Assembly: GCA_964304625.1 (NCBI GenBank)
Contig: OZ199839.1
Location: 137,770-201,769 of the forward strand
From: Kudoa neothunni
Taxonomy: Eukaryota; Animalia; Cnidaria
Direction: 5' to 3'
Length of the DNA: 64,000 nt
Notes under the pieces: model-generated
Told to the model about the DNA's origin: nothing
Seen by the model: only the letters and a program-made list of their open reading frames with translations
The model's database searches: none
Position numbers and translations under genes: made by a program
Shown here: positions 13,228-26,659 of the stretch, piece after piece
How positions within the stretch are numbered: the first letter of the stretch is position 1
How the letters are laid out: every line of letters starts with the position of its first letter

Positions 13228-14892
13228 ATGACCAGTACATTTGGAAAGTCATTGATGACGGTGGAAACTAGGCCAACTATAAAAGACCATCATACTATTC
13301 AATCTTTTGAACTGGTGACCAAGATTGTTGACATGAACGAAAAAACAAAATATAACGATAGAGCGTTGCGGAAATCCAGTCTAGTTAATGAACTGAACCA
13401 ATCTAATCTATCAAATGAATTACGCGATTTCATTATGAGGCAACAAGAAAATCAAGAAAGAATATGGTCTTCTCAGTTAGCAACTGCAACAAATTTGTCC
13501 CTCTATGTCATCAAATCTATTGTCGCGAGTGGCAGATATAGTGTAGGGTATTATGTGTCGAAACATGGAGTGAGACAGCAGTTTTTTATGAAAAAAATCA
13601 CATTTACCCGCCTTAAGTCGTTGGCTGATTACACGGATGTAGCTAGCGAATTACTGTTTCTGTGCAACAGTTTCCACCCACTCATTGCCAATATGTACGA
13701 GACATTCTGTGATGCGAACAGTATTTTTATCGTTACCGAGTTGTTGTTGGGTGGAGATCTACAGTATGTGATGGAAAATATGTTGGAAATGGACAAAAAT
13801 ATGGCTCACTTTTATATGGTAGAATTGGTGGGTGCGGTACGATTTCTTCACGAGTAACTAATTTTTGCCTTTACACAATTCAAAGTTAACATTATAAGGA
13901 ATTATCATTTTTTTAAATTATAGAAAAAATATTATGCACCTAGATATATCACCCCAAAATTTATTATTCACTGATAATGGACATTTGAAACTCGCTAACT
14001 TCGGTCAAACACGTTATATGAATGGTAATAGTTGGCTTTTCCTCTATCTTCAAATGGTCTACGATAATAATATGGAAGATATAGTCGAGTGTGTAGAAAC
14101 TATCCTGAAAGAATCGTCTTCTCTCTCCAGTATCCATATTTTACGAAACCCCGTTAACTTTTAAATTCTAACTGTATTTTCTTTGAGAAGACAATATTGA
14201 ACAGATGATTGATTCGAACAAACAAATTTTAAATCAAACCGATTATGCCCATTTTCTAATGCAATTGGTACGTACAGAATGCTGCACTTTTAGAAGCACG
14301 CGTTTTTTCAGTGCACCAGAAATCGTCTTAGGAAATGGTTACAACCAACTATCAGACTCCTGGTCTATTGGCGCTGTTTTCTATTACATGCGTATGGGTC
14401 AACCACCTTTTTGTATAGAGTGCAAAGAGAGCTATCCCAATCAAGTAGTCTATTTATTTGTTACGTGATTAGATGAAGCGATTTTCTCATTTTTTTATTT
14501 AGACAAACAATATCACAAGCTGTTTGATAAATACTAATATACTGAAAAATATGAGCGAAGAAGAAGTGAAATTACTACAGGTTACACTTGTTAGTAGTAG
14601 GGTGAGAAAACCAGTTCTAAATTCTGCCTGTCTCTCCGAGTCGTTAATTGGTCAACCTTATTTTAATATGGTTGATTGGAATGAAAGTTTTCATTATGCA
14701 ACTGCTCCGCTAATGTGAGTTTTCATGCTGTCCAACTGAAGATTTAGATTGTTTTCATTTAGCAATAAGACCAACTACTACAAACGCCCATCGTCCGATG
14801 TGAAAACCATTTTTGACTATGAAATTGAATCAAGTGAAGATGCCTCCAACAATACTCTAAAATCGTTACTCAAATGTTTCTCTTCTAAGTAA
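13228..14892 (+). CDS. Divergent MAST-like AGC Ser/Thr kinase, probable pseudokinase
   Basis: Exon 13228-13853 and intron 13854-13923 join to give FLHE|KNIMHLDISPQNLLFTDNGHLKLANFG. Other motifs: RQQFFMKKI (MAST RQRFAMKKI), GGDL, APEIVLGNGY, DSWSIG, GQPPF and the AGC tail PYFNMVDW. Last exon ends CFSSK* at 14890-14892. Confidence 0.8.
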
Positions 14893-17800
14893 CTATCAAA
14901 TTAATTTCCTTAATTAATTAATTAATCTTTTAAGAAAATTTAACATAGTCAATACCTATCCTCCAAAATCATCCAACCTTCGATCCTCTAATATTCAAAC
15001 CACAAATTACCTTGTTTAGTCTTGCGTTTTCAATTTATTTAACATCGCCGTTTCATTAACCGTGTTTAATTTTTTTTTATTCGCAAGAATAAAATATTCT
15101 TAATTTTTAAATTCATAATACTGATTTTGTAATTAAAAACATCATTAAACCCAATTTATTAATCGACCAAACAGATAAATGTAATTTTTGGGGATAAAAT
15201 TACTTTAATTTAGAATTTTTTAAATCTGTGTGGAAAAATGATGAAAATTTTATACTTTTAAAACTTAACTTTTTGAAACGTTAGCATTTTTCTACGTGCT
15301 GAAAACCACCATTTATGGATGAGGTGGGAATATTTTTCATAAATAGCTACCGTCAATAAGCTCTATAATCTATTAGAAAACATGGAATGTTACGTATAAA
15401 CTTTAATTTAAAAATATGGAATGTACAGATTAAGTTTATTGCTAGAACAATAACCTAGATAAAATGTATTGGTAAAACTAATAAATAATTTTACTCTTAA
15501 TTGTTAAATTTTTTAAGTTTGAATTATCATAAATTCAATTTTTTGAAATTTGATGGTTGGATTTCATGTTCTAATGTCTAGATAAGCGATTCTTATTTTT
15601 GTTTTGATCGAATCTACAGGGTTCAGCAGCGAATGGAACCTGAGGGTTTGATGAAAATATGTTTTATTTTCCCAATTTAATTTAGACTTACATTTTATAT
15701 TAATTTTTATTTATGTTTTAAGAAAATATATGAATTATGTTATGAATGTAATTAAAAGGCAATTTTTAACAATAACATAATTTCAATAACAATGTCGTGA
15801 AATTTTTAGGGTTCGATAAACCCAAAAAAGTTGAAAAAACCTGGTCTGGATATTATTTTGACTGTTCCGAAATAAATTATTTTAAGAATATCATAGAGTC
15901 TTCAAAATTTATATTATTTTTAAGAAAGTTAGATTCACAAGTAAATTCGTCTTTTTTAATGTTTTTATTTATTTTGAACATACATCAATATTTTGTACAC
16001 AAAGTAGTTTGTAGGTTAGTATTATGTTAAGAAATTAATTTTGTTGATTATAATTTATTTCCAAGATGCTAAAAAGGTATGCTTATCATCGCTTAACCCA
16101 TTTTGCCGATTTTGATTCATATATTAATCTATTAGTTAAATATTTAAGTAATAATATCAATAAAAGATATATTAAAATTTTAAATTATAGTCTTGATCTT
16201 AACACATTATTTGAATGAAATAATCGGAAGCATTTCTTCATACTCAAATTTAAAATTAGTCAGATTATATTAATTTTTTAGAAGAAATATTGTAAAATAT
16301 ATGTACCATCGTAACAACATTTATAATGAATTTTAAAAGTTAGAAAATAATTGTTTTATTTAATTTTAAAAGAATTATCCATTTCTTCATTATATTTTAT
16401 TTCTCTGTTTGGAATTCTGATCCTTATATCTTTTTAAAAAAAATTAAAAGTATAACTAATGAATTGAAGTTGCGAGGGCTAAATAAAAGGACCGTGTAAA
16501 TATAAACGGTTATAAAAAAGTACATTCGAGCCCAAATTTCATTCGCTTGGCTGTCTGGTGAAACGAATTGATAAATTACATGTTTAATTAATAAGTTAAA
16601 AAGATAACATTAAAAAAATTAAACTTAAAAATCATTCAAAGATGACTTATTTTTGGTTAGGAATCTTTTTTTAATTATCTTTCTATTTTATTTTTTGATA
16701 TCTTTATTATCCTTATTTTTTCCATTCGATTACTTTATTTCTAATAAATTTTAATTTAAATAATTGGTCAATGTTGTTTCGTTGACGCTATTAGTCAAAA
16801 ATATATTTATATTTTATTTAATGATTTTGTCGCATTTATATAATTTTTACCCATTTAAATTAAGAAAGAAAAAAGAATATTACAAAATAATTTATTTAAA
16901 TAACATTAATTCAGTTATACATCAGGAAGAAATCGAACAAAACATTCTAAAGCCAAACTTTATTTCTCTGCAAGAAAACAAAATAAATGTCTTATTGAAC
17001 TTTAGAATTTCTTCTACACTAAGTCATATTCGGCATGGGTTTTCAAATAGGGCAGCACCATTTAAGATTAGGTTTGAAATGGCCAATAAAAAAGACATAA
17101 TCATGTATCAATGATAATGTAGTATCTTTTGGTTATAAAATGTGAAAATAATTTATATTTCGATATAAACCTTAGAAAATCTCAATTGATGTTATAATTT
17201 TCATCAATTTTTTATTCAAAATGTAAAAATATTGGAGCAGTCACCTACATACGAAATGTGAGCAATGCAGTGAATCATATGCAGCGCCTCACTTTGTCCT
17301 TCTGCGATGATATGGGAATTTAACTCGCATGTACACCCATCTAGACTCTAGAGCAAGATACTACTCCAAATTCTACCTCCCAACTTCAAGGTTGTTGACT
17401 CTGTGGGACAAACAGGAAATATTATTATAATTTAATAGATCCCCAACGATCCAAACGTCTAATCTACCTCATCCCATAAACATGACTTTTAACCACAGAT
17501 GCATCATAAATATCGGGCTTACACTCTAACCAAGCTTCTATTAGAGAATATGGTTAGGCAGAAGTAGTGACTCGTGCTTGTATTAATAATCTCCAGAGAA
17601 TAAGTCAAAACGTCAAGGCACCCATACCCTCATTCCCTTTTTCAGTACACACTAGTCTGGAATACAATATGTACACCTCAAATTTCACATATCTTTGCGC
17701 AAAAATACACGTAAGATGTCGCATCTCTGACGTAAACGCGGGTAAATAAAATAACAGACTAAAAGTATGTTGTATAAGAAACTATACAGTTGTATTTTAG

Positions 17801-17925
17801 TTTCAGATGGATAAACTAAATGGCGTCGAATAAATATAGCATAATTGATAAGACAATAAATTTTTTAAAAAATCTGTTGGGTCTCAACAACTCTAATAAC
17901 GTACACCCGCGTACAAACACCAACG

Positions 17926-20900
17926 TTAACCACTAGTAGGCAGGGTGTCTAGTAGGTTTTTGCACATAGCCGAAGCTCTTCTCACTATCCTTTTGGTATC
18001 TTTGATGAGCAAGCAAAGTGTGAAGTCGATAATTTGTAAGAATTGAGGGCTAGGGGTTAGTTTATTTTTCGAGAAAATCTCAATGACAACGACGAAGAAA
18101 TTGATGAGTTGGATTTTGAATTTAAGGGGATATCCACCATGGCACATTATCGCATCAATCGCTTTCACAATAGATTCTTGGCTGGAAAACATAATAGTAG
18201 GATTGGAGCGGCAAATGCTGGTGAAAATCTCAATGTTTTCCATGAGAAGCGAACCAGCCATGGAGTTATCATTGTTCACAACGTATTTCTCAATCTAAAT
18301 TGAAAGCACACTCACAACAAAATTCACCATTTATACAATGAGTTGAATAGAAATACGATATGCGGGTTTATTTTTGAATAATCTGGCAGATTCGAAAAGC
18401 ACCTCAAAATGATAGGCACTCTGGTAGATAAACTGTCGCCAACAATCTTATTTTCAAACGAATCGATCACAAACAACGACAACCATTGAACGAACAGTTC
18501 ACAAAACGATGTTTCGTTGGAGAGGGGTTGTTTAAGCCAGTGAATCCATTTTGAAGTTAGTACACATTGTAAATTTGAGAAATCGTCCAGGAAAGTCAGA
18601 TCAACTGGCACTTTCTCATTAGGGCTGTCAATAAAGGTATGGTAAAGTTGGGCGCATGTAAGGAATCCACGTATAGGTTGGAATTCGGCCGAACGAATAC
18701 ATTTTTCAATCAGCAATCTGGATCTTTTGATCAACAAACGTTGTTTGTGGGTGGCAGCTTTAGTTGCGTCATCTACACATAAAAAATTATATTTTAATCG
18801 ATTAACAAAAATTGTAATATACATATAAAGAGCGCGAAAATAAACTGAAAAACAGTCTCAGCCGAAGAAAGCAGAGAGGGCGAGTTTCCCGTGGTCAGTA
18901 GCAATTGTTCGATTAGCGCATATTTTAATTCAACGGAGGCAGTTCTATATCGACTGAACCAGCTACAACTAAAAATCAGTGGGAGCACAATCACGAATTG
19001 GGTTGGTATCGGGTTTGGGTTGGGAGAATAATTTTCGCAACATTCATCGAAACTACCCAATGACTTCAGCACGGTCTCATATACGAAGTGGTCAATATAC
19101 AGTCTGCAAAGTTGATTACAGTGAAAATAAATGCGGTTGAAAACAGACGAAAATTCGCTCAACTTTTTACACACATCAAAAACGTTCAAAGTGCGAACTA
19201 GCAGTTCCACGACTTCGATTCCTTTCATCGAATAGATTCTCTGAATATCAAACGCGGAGAGTTGACCATCAACATCAACAACGTGAAGTTGACTGTAATG
19301 GGTAATCACATCAACAATAACATCCACAATGTGAGATTGACTTGAGAAAGAAAGCAACGGTTTGGTATGATGTTTTCTTCATCAAAAGATGATAGCTGGC
19401 AGCATTTAACGGTGGAATTTCATATCTATCACTATCATTGGTAGACATTTTGAAGAAATGTCCTAAGAAGATAGTGCTTTAAATGTGGTTTAGTATTGAA
19501 AATCGTTTCCATGCTGATATTGTAGGACACGCAAAAAATATACCACCATTCTAACAATATCACTGATAACTTCAGGATGGGATGGTTCCGTTTGTTGAGA
19601 AAGACAATAATCAATCATGGTAGCACTGTGATGGACAACACTTTGTACAATAGTAGAATCTTTAGTGGATAGAGAATCGCTTCCACATTTGAGAGTTTTT
19701 CAATACGGTGCGTAATTGTGAAAGAAATTTCCTAGAGAAAACCTCGCTATGCACTCCGTCACTTTTAGCAGCATTGTCCCACTCAAATAGGTTTGCATTA
19801 TCTTCTGACAGTTCATCTCTTATACGTTTACATTTCTGCTCACATTCTCTTATAAAAAAGCCTAGCTGAGCATACACATAATGGTTGAATTGGTCGGGCA
19901 TTCGAGTGCACACCATATTCAACAATGTGTCTATCATGCGAGCGGTATGCCAATTGTTATAATTGAACATGCAACTGATGAGACTGTTGAAAAAATTCTA
20001 GCTGGTGCTTGGGAGGTATCCCAAGAGTCAATGTTGCCTTGGTAATATTGGAAGACTCTTCCAACTAAATAGCACCTCAAGGAGATTTCGTTTTTGGTGT
20101 AGTTGTTCACAGTGGTTAGTGGAACTAGTTGAAAGCTATTAATGCCACTGCTATCTAATTGATGGTGTAATGAAACAGCATTAACAAATGGTTTGATTAG
20201 TAGATGGAATAATGTAGGGGCGGGACTCGGTGACAACACGTACGGTGTTTTGATCAGCCGAATCATTTGAATTAGCTGTTAATTTAGAAAACACTGTCCA
20301 GAGTCGCCACCAACAACTGTAAACAGCACCCACGTTGTGCCACATGAACCGAATTCACACTTTCCGTCACCAAGTCAATACAACCTCCCGTATTTACCTC
20401 GGGGAACAACACCCAACACCTCCATCAGTTTCTGGGACAAACTGTTTCATATCCAACATAGTAACGACTGGGTGGTAGTGCATATGACGACAATGGAAAA
20501 TAACCATTCAGATTGGTGTATAATTCACCAAGGTGACGACTACTACTACTACTACTACTACCACCACTCAACTCCCCAAACAGCGTCAAATAGTTGTCTC
20601 CGTAGTAATGTTTTCAAAACAATTTTATATTTTTGAATCACGCCCAGAAGGAACCACAAAATAGATGGGTGGGTTTTCTTCCTCGCAGATATTAGATAAT
20701 ACAAGTGGTAGATTGATTAAAAAACTGTTTAACGTTTGTTATCCGAATCCTCCTTACTATTATTATTATCGCAAATATCGCAACTACTACAACTACTACA
20801 GCAACCATGTAACAATGCGCTCAAAATGTGACATAGATGAATCTTGATGTCGAAAGATAATGTGTTAAATCTAAGTTTGGTATTGAATCCTTCCAGCCAA

Positions 20901-21420
20901 TTGCAATCCACCAGTGAAGAATAATATGAGTGGTGGTGGTTCACGTTGGGTGGTTGCATCTGAAAATTCAACGACAACGCACCAATAGCAATATCTTGTA
21001 TGGAAAAATGGTCCGAACAAGCATTTTAAAAAATATTCAGCCAAAAATTTTTGTGAAAATTTCCACATTTAAAAAAGTGTCGAATGAAGTATTTGAAGAA
21101 GCGTTTATAGATGTATTCAACAATGAGGTTTTGAGGGGAAAATTTGGTGGCTGCTGCAGATCATTCAAAAATCTACAAACAACTAACTCACTTACTACAA
21201 ACTAAACAACGTACACACTATTCAATGAACTCATCATTGTGCATAGTTGGTGTCGTTTATTTAGATGTGGAGTGGATTTATTTTCGGCTACATATTGTTT
21301 AAATTGCTCCATCACCGAAGCATCGGCCAAACTCAAAATTAAATCCGCAAGGAAGACTCTCTTTTGGGTGTCCAAACATTGCTCGTATTCCTCAAGGTAT
21401 TCGATTTTGACACTATCCAT
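17926..21420 (-). CDS. MMS19: MMS19/MET18-like cytosolic Fe-S assembly HEAT-repeat protein; 5' two-thirds broken by frameshifts in this sequence
   Basis: C-terminus LIKDTKRIVRRASAMCKN matches MMS19 LDDKKRLVRKEAV. The N-terminal block GELYTNLNGYFPL..LPP matches EELFEVTSCYFPIDFTPP, and ICEEENP sits where DGEKDPRNL is expected. Total length is consistent with about 1000 aa. The 3' 1.4 kb splices cleanly. Confidence 0.75.
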
Positions 21421-21762
21421 TGGATTTATTATTTGTATGCGCACGCACTCAAGTTTAGATACCGTCAAAACTCACCACAATTTCTCCGTATCCATTCTAG
21501 GTTGATACAACCAAGTAATTTTCGACTTATTCTATTTATTTGTGTTGTTATTTGTGATTTAACCAAAGTATATTGTGAAAAATTGTCCTTGTGGTGAATA
21601 ACCACAACGAAATACCCATTTACAATATAATTAATTTAATGTCACATGTACAATCAGTATTTATCATTTTAACGATTATATATCATTTTAATCTCTAATC
21701 TATCCAATGGATTTAGCATCAATCGTTTTTCTAATAGTGGGGGAGATTTAGGTTTCAGTTTG

Positions 21763-23493
21763 ATGCCCCCTACTGCCATTCACGTTGCTATAGTTATATT
21801 CCTTGAATACTGTGTATGGGGACTGATTGCGCCGTTACTTTTAACAGTAACTCTGAAATTTTTATTATAACAAAAATTCTATTAAAATAAAAATTTGTCG
21901 TATCCAGGTAACCAAACAAACATTTGGTTCCAATGCACTACTGCTCAATGGAATATGCATGGGAATAAAAGTAGGTAGGTTGGCGGTTATTGTTCTAACG
22001 CGGTTAATTAAGGGAATATTGGCGTTTATATTCGCACCGATTATTGGAGAAATCTCTGATTTCTACGGTAGGAAAAAATTGTTGATTCCCTGCGTTGGCT
22101 TCACCTGTTTGCCTGTGGTTGCATTGTTTCTCAATTACAAGTAAAAACTATTTGTGCGAAAGAATAGAAATGGGCTGATCGTGAGATAATCATTATCTAG
22201 ACTTTTCTTCCTTCTGACTGTATTATCTGGGGTGTTTAATGCGTCTTTTTCGTTGACCTTTGCCTACGTGTCCGATTGCACCACCGAAAAATACAGATAT
22301 CTCTCTTTTGGGATTGTATCTATTTTTGTTGTTAAAATAACGTTAGTCGGTGCAACTTAATTTTGATTTCTAGGTGAGCGCCTCATTTGCCGCTAGCATG
22401 ATTATCTGCCCGGTATTGGGTGAAAAAATACTACTCAGATATGGCGCTTACGCACTAACCTTACTCTCCGTTTTGGTGGCTGCCACTGATCTACTGTTTT
22501 TGTACTATATTGTGCCGGAATCTGTACGTGTCTCCAATAGCAAAAAGTTCAGCTGGAAACGACTTCTCAATCCTTTCAATGTAAGCTGGAATTCGTTGGT
22601 TACTACTGGTGTGTTTGTTTTATGATTCAACGTTATTTTTGTTGTTTTTGTAGGTATTCGGATACGTTTTCTACAACAGAGAAATAGCTGTTTTGTGTGC
22701 GATCGCGTTACTATCGAGTATACCTGAAAATGGCCAAATTTCGTCGTTGTTAATCTACCTCACTAACGTTGCTAATTTCTCCACACATGAAGCTGTCATG
22801 TATATGGCTTCGTGTGGGATGCTGGCGGTTTTCTCTCAAGTATTTATTATTTCTCTGTGTATAAACTTGCTTATACGTGAATCTTCGGCAGACCTTTGTT
22901 TTCAATTTTATCGCTTACTTCTACAGCGTTGAAAGTGCTTTGAATGTATCGCTATTCGCACAGTTTCTCCAGCTGCTTATTTTTGGATTGTTCACTAAAA
23001 AAATGTTATTTTTTGTAGTTTGTTGGTTGTTGTATTTGGGGTGATTTAGAATGATTTGGATCGCCGGTATCCTTGTATCTGTATCGTCTATCGCTTTCCC
23101 TTGCCTAAGTGCCATGGTAGCTCAAATTGCCGCTCCCGAACAACAAGGTTAGTTGTCGTGAATTATTGTAGTTGTGCTTAGTTTTTACGTTGTTGTACTC
23201 GCTAAATTATTAACTGTAGGAATCGTTCAAGGACTCCTGAATGGAGTTAGAGGACTCTGCACAGGAATTGGCCCTGCGTTTTTCGGCCTCATTTTCCATT
23301 GGTATGGCGTTAACCTAGATGATACCAACGTTCAAAACAAACTACTTCGTTGGCTGACACTGTTTACCACAAAAAAGACAGTTTTTTCTATTTCCCAGGA
23401 ATCCCTTACCTTGTTGGTAGTGCATCGGTCGCTTTCGCCATCTACATATTCCTCCAAAAACACAGAAGAAATGATCTATACCCATTATTGTGA
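21763..23493 (+). CDS. MFSD14: MFSD14/HIAT1-family major facilitator transporter, multi-exon
   Basis: Joined exons give HVAIVIFLEYCVWGL, LLNGICMGIK|GILAFIFAPIIGEISDFYGRK, FAYVSDCT, VSASFAASMIICPVLG, IVPES, SIAFPCLSAMV, EQQ|GIVQGLLNGVRGLCTGIGPAFFGLIF and a terminal IPYLVGSASV, all typical of HIAT1. Exact start and last junction are uncertain. Confidence 0.9.
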
Positions 23494-23984
23494 ATGATAC
23501 GTTAATATCAGATGTTTCTACTTTTTAATACAAACTAGATTTCTGCATTTAATTAAATTTCGATAATCCCTAATTAGAACATTTATATTACTTTTGAATT
23601 TAAAAGAAATGCTTAACTAAATTATGCAAATTTTTGTAATTCACTATACATTCTAAACAAGTATGTCCCAGCATGTACGTGAGAAAACTTTAGTATGTTG
23701 TGTAAATTTCGTAACATTAAGTTGGTATGCATCGCATGTTTAAAAATTAATAATAATCCGCAGTGAGAGTCATTTTTGAATGATCAATGAAATAATATAT
23801 ATATAATTGCATTTATTATAAATGCTTTACTTTAATAAAAATAAATTTAAATATCCAATAAAATTATTAATTGTTTTTTTATGATCTTTCTTATGCCGTT
23901 GTGTTAAGTATTTTTCGAAAATGTCTATATAAGCTTAAATTTTTAAAATTATGACAAAGCTGAGAGGTATACATCAATTTTTCA

Positions 23985-25780
23985 GAAAGACCCAAAAGGA
24001 CCCAATAAACTCCGGAGAAAATGCATGCGCGAAATAAAACACAAATATATAATTTATTAATCAACTTTTTTAAATATATTTATCCAAGTGAAAAGTATTC
24101 GAACATTTAAGATGAAGTCTCGACGAATACCCCTTACAATAAAGGTATGTTTTCTTGTGGCACACAACACAACTGAGTCGTCTTTTGTTGTCATCACTCA
24201 CAAGTACGACTCCAGAACACATATTCGTTAAAGTATTCAGCTGCAATCGAGACCTCTTCCTCATAATTTAATCCCTATGTGGAGTTATTAGACTGGCAAC
24301 AATTTCGCGTGCATGTTGAATCAATGTTATTATAGAGTCATTAAAGTGGCGTATTATTTTATATGAATTAGTGACACACATGGAAATAAGATTAGTGAAT
24401 AATGGTCAATGCCATTTTTACCCTTTATTTTGATTCTGTAGTTTGCAGTCGCGTTATCAGCTAGATCGACACCTCCCATATTCCCATTGTAATCATTAAC
24501 AATCTTTGGCTGTGTTATTTTAATGTATTTTTTTCCTTTTTTTGAGAATCTTTTAGCTGTTCCATTGAACACAGAAAATACCTTGTTTTTCACTATAAAC
24601 TTCAAAAACGTACCCTAGCAATTTGGAAAACTGCTTTGGTAGCTGAAATGGACATCGATTTGTCCGGTTCGGGTCAATTGTACCGGTATCATTTACTTTG
24701 TTTTCTTGTAGAATTTTAAATAATCTGTCCGAGGAGAAAAATGGGTTAAAGTAAACTTCCATCTCAGAAATATGAAGTATCACCAATTACCCCGACAAAA
24801 TTCATGACCACACTTTCACCTAAGCCATCATAAGTTTTATCTGTTTCTTGCTTTCCACAATAGATTTTAAAACTGTAAATATAACCATTCTTGCAAGCCA
24901 TTATCTAAAGTTTAAAACTAAATCGAACTGGCTTGCCCCTTAGAAACATCTTGCCCGAATGCATTCCATAATACGGTACCAGTTGTTCTTCTATGGATAG
25001 AATTTTTTCAAAGAAACCGAATGATTTCAAGTTTTGGTTTAGTTTTTCCACTAAAGGCCTAATCATAAATAACTTGTCGGATTTATCCGTACAATAATTA
25101 TTGTTGAAACGGATGTCTTTTTATTTCTTAAAATCCTAATGAAGGTTTTCAATTCGAACATATAAATTTTACACAATTGGACACACCCAGAAACATCGGT
25201 GATGTTATTATTTTCGAATATATTATCATGTATGGGAAATAAGTTATCTTCCAAATCAGTAAGGGCGCCAACATTATCGTGAGGAAGCGCCACTATATCT
25301 GGAACTTCTTCAAAAGTATCTTCGCTACGTTCAAAGAATGCTTCACCTAGTTTAATATACTCAATAATATCAGCCATGTTAAACCTGCTTAGCTTAGTAT
25401 CTACATGTCTCGAGGGTTTATCGTTCCCCCCTTTTGGAACACTATTGTATCGCGAAAATTAACCGATATTGATGTATTGCTTTCTATTATAGGCACTTCG
25501 ACGGTTATAGACAATGTTTTAAGAGAAAAAAAAAACTTACAAAATTGTTCTGATGTATAATCTATGTTATGGTTCTATTACAGACAAGCGTGCTGGCCGA
25601 TGAAAAGAGATGTATATTAAAATGTTTAGAATTCATAAATAACTTTACAAATAAATTTTAAATAATAGGACCACGTATATATTTATATGGAAATTAACTA
25701 GTTAATAGTCACAATATTAAACTCTATAGACGGCACCTAAACAGGGGCCCAAAAGGACCCAACATATCTTAATGAGTTAA
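23985..25780 (-). mobile_element. Decayed piggyBac (PGBD2/PGBD3-like)
   Basis: Fragments KMFLRGKPVRFSFK, VYFNPFFSS, TGTIDPNRTNRCP, QPKIVNDYNGNMGGVDLAD..ANYRIKIKGK and a C-terminal CVVCHKKTYLYC..LHLKC. The repeat (G/A)CCCAAAAGGACCCAA occurs at about 23990 and 25747, and TTAA at 25777-25780. Confidence 0.85.
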
Positions 25781-25781
25781 A

Positions 25782-26580
25782 TTAACATCTACCACGACAC
25801 GCAACTAGTTGTTCGTCAACAGTTAGATCATCATGCGGAATTAAACATATGGATAAAATATTTTTCCATTTTTCAAATACATCCCTTATGGAGCAGAATT
25901 TGTCGTTGATCTTACGCATTTGTCTAGTCTCATAGTCATCAAAATGGAGGCTTCTGTTAATTTGTGTAAACCTGGTCAATGGCATAATCTTTTAGAAAAT
26001 CTCACGCCCTTTATCAATACTCCATAACTGTTCGAGTGATTCCATTTTGGATTTGAATATTTACATGTAAATTAAAATACCAGGATACGCTTTAAATTAA
26101 ATAATATTTAGCATCTTCCATTTTTCACAGTAAGAAAAAACTCCATGTTTGTTAATGTTTGCAATGACGGTTTGATCGAATTCATCATTGAAGAATAAAG
26201 TAAAACAATCATCAATATTACAAATCCGTGAGTTTTCATATGCAGTTATGCCGGGCTTTTTCGTCATCATATTTTCTTTTCTAGATTTTGTAATTGTTGT
26301 GATCAAAATCATCCAAACAATCATCTCCAAGTTTGCTGAAATCAGATTCATCGGTAGTAGGAAATACGTGGTCAATCTCTTCCATTTCACACCAAAGAAG
26401 CAATCGGTGAAATCGCACACATACGGAAACCAACAAACTCGAATTTTCTAATAGATTGCAACGATAGAAATTTTTATAAACATGCAGTTTTTCCTTTCAT
26501 AATTTTAGAATTTATTATATGACAAAAAAATGTGGGATCCGTTGGACCCCATAGAACGTTAGGTGTATAAAATTGATATA
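25782..26580 (-). mobile_element. 5' half of a decayed piggyBac (PGBD4-like), truncated at the neighbouring element
   Basis: MPLTRFTQINRSLHFDD...DKFCSIRDVFEKW...LTVDEQLVACRGRC; subterminal GGGATCCGTTGGACCCC at about 26533-26550. Confidence 0.85.
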
Positions 26581-26659
26581 ACTTTTAAATATTGAGATGT
26601 TCACTTAAGCTTGCCGATTATGTTTATAATTTAATGGTAATATATAGACTCCTTTGAAT

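Noticed and set aside
17230-17750. Possible LTR-retrotransposon gag/protease remnant (CxxC and LDSRA-like words)
   Set aside because: The motifs are too degenerate and there is no LTR, RT or integrase evidence.
20281-20293. Possible 17-19 nt GT-AG micro-intron in MMS19 (GTTTTCTAAATTAACAG on the minus strand, about 20276-20292)
   Set aside because: All well-supported introns here are 39 nt or longer, and the other frame breaks in this gene lack GT-AG boundaries. An indel is more parsimonious.
19357-21060. Alternative genetic code or stop readthrough as the explanation for the broken ORFs
   Set aside because: Homology continues in a different frame rather than through the stop, and other genes end normally on TAA, TAG and TGA.
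18083-21597. Plus-strand ORFs overlapping MMS19, and similar antisense ORFs over AFG3L2 and GTPBP1
   Set aside because: They are shadows of the real coding strand with no motifs. The poly-Tyr run is a (CTA)n repeat that encodes poly-Ser on the minus strand.
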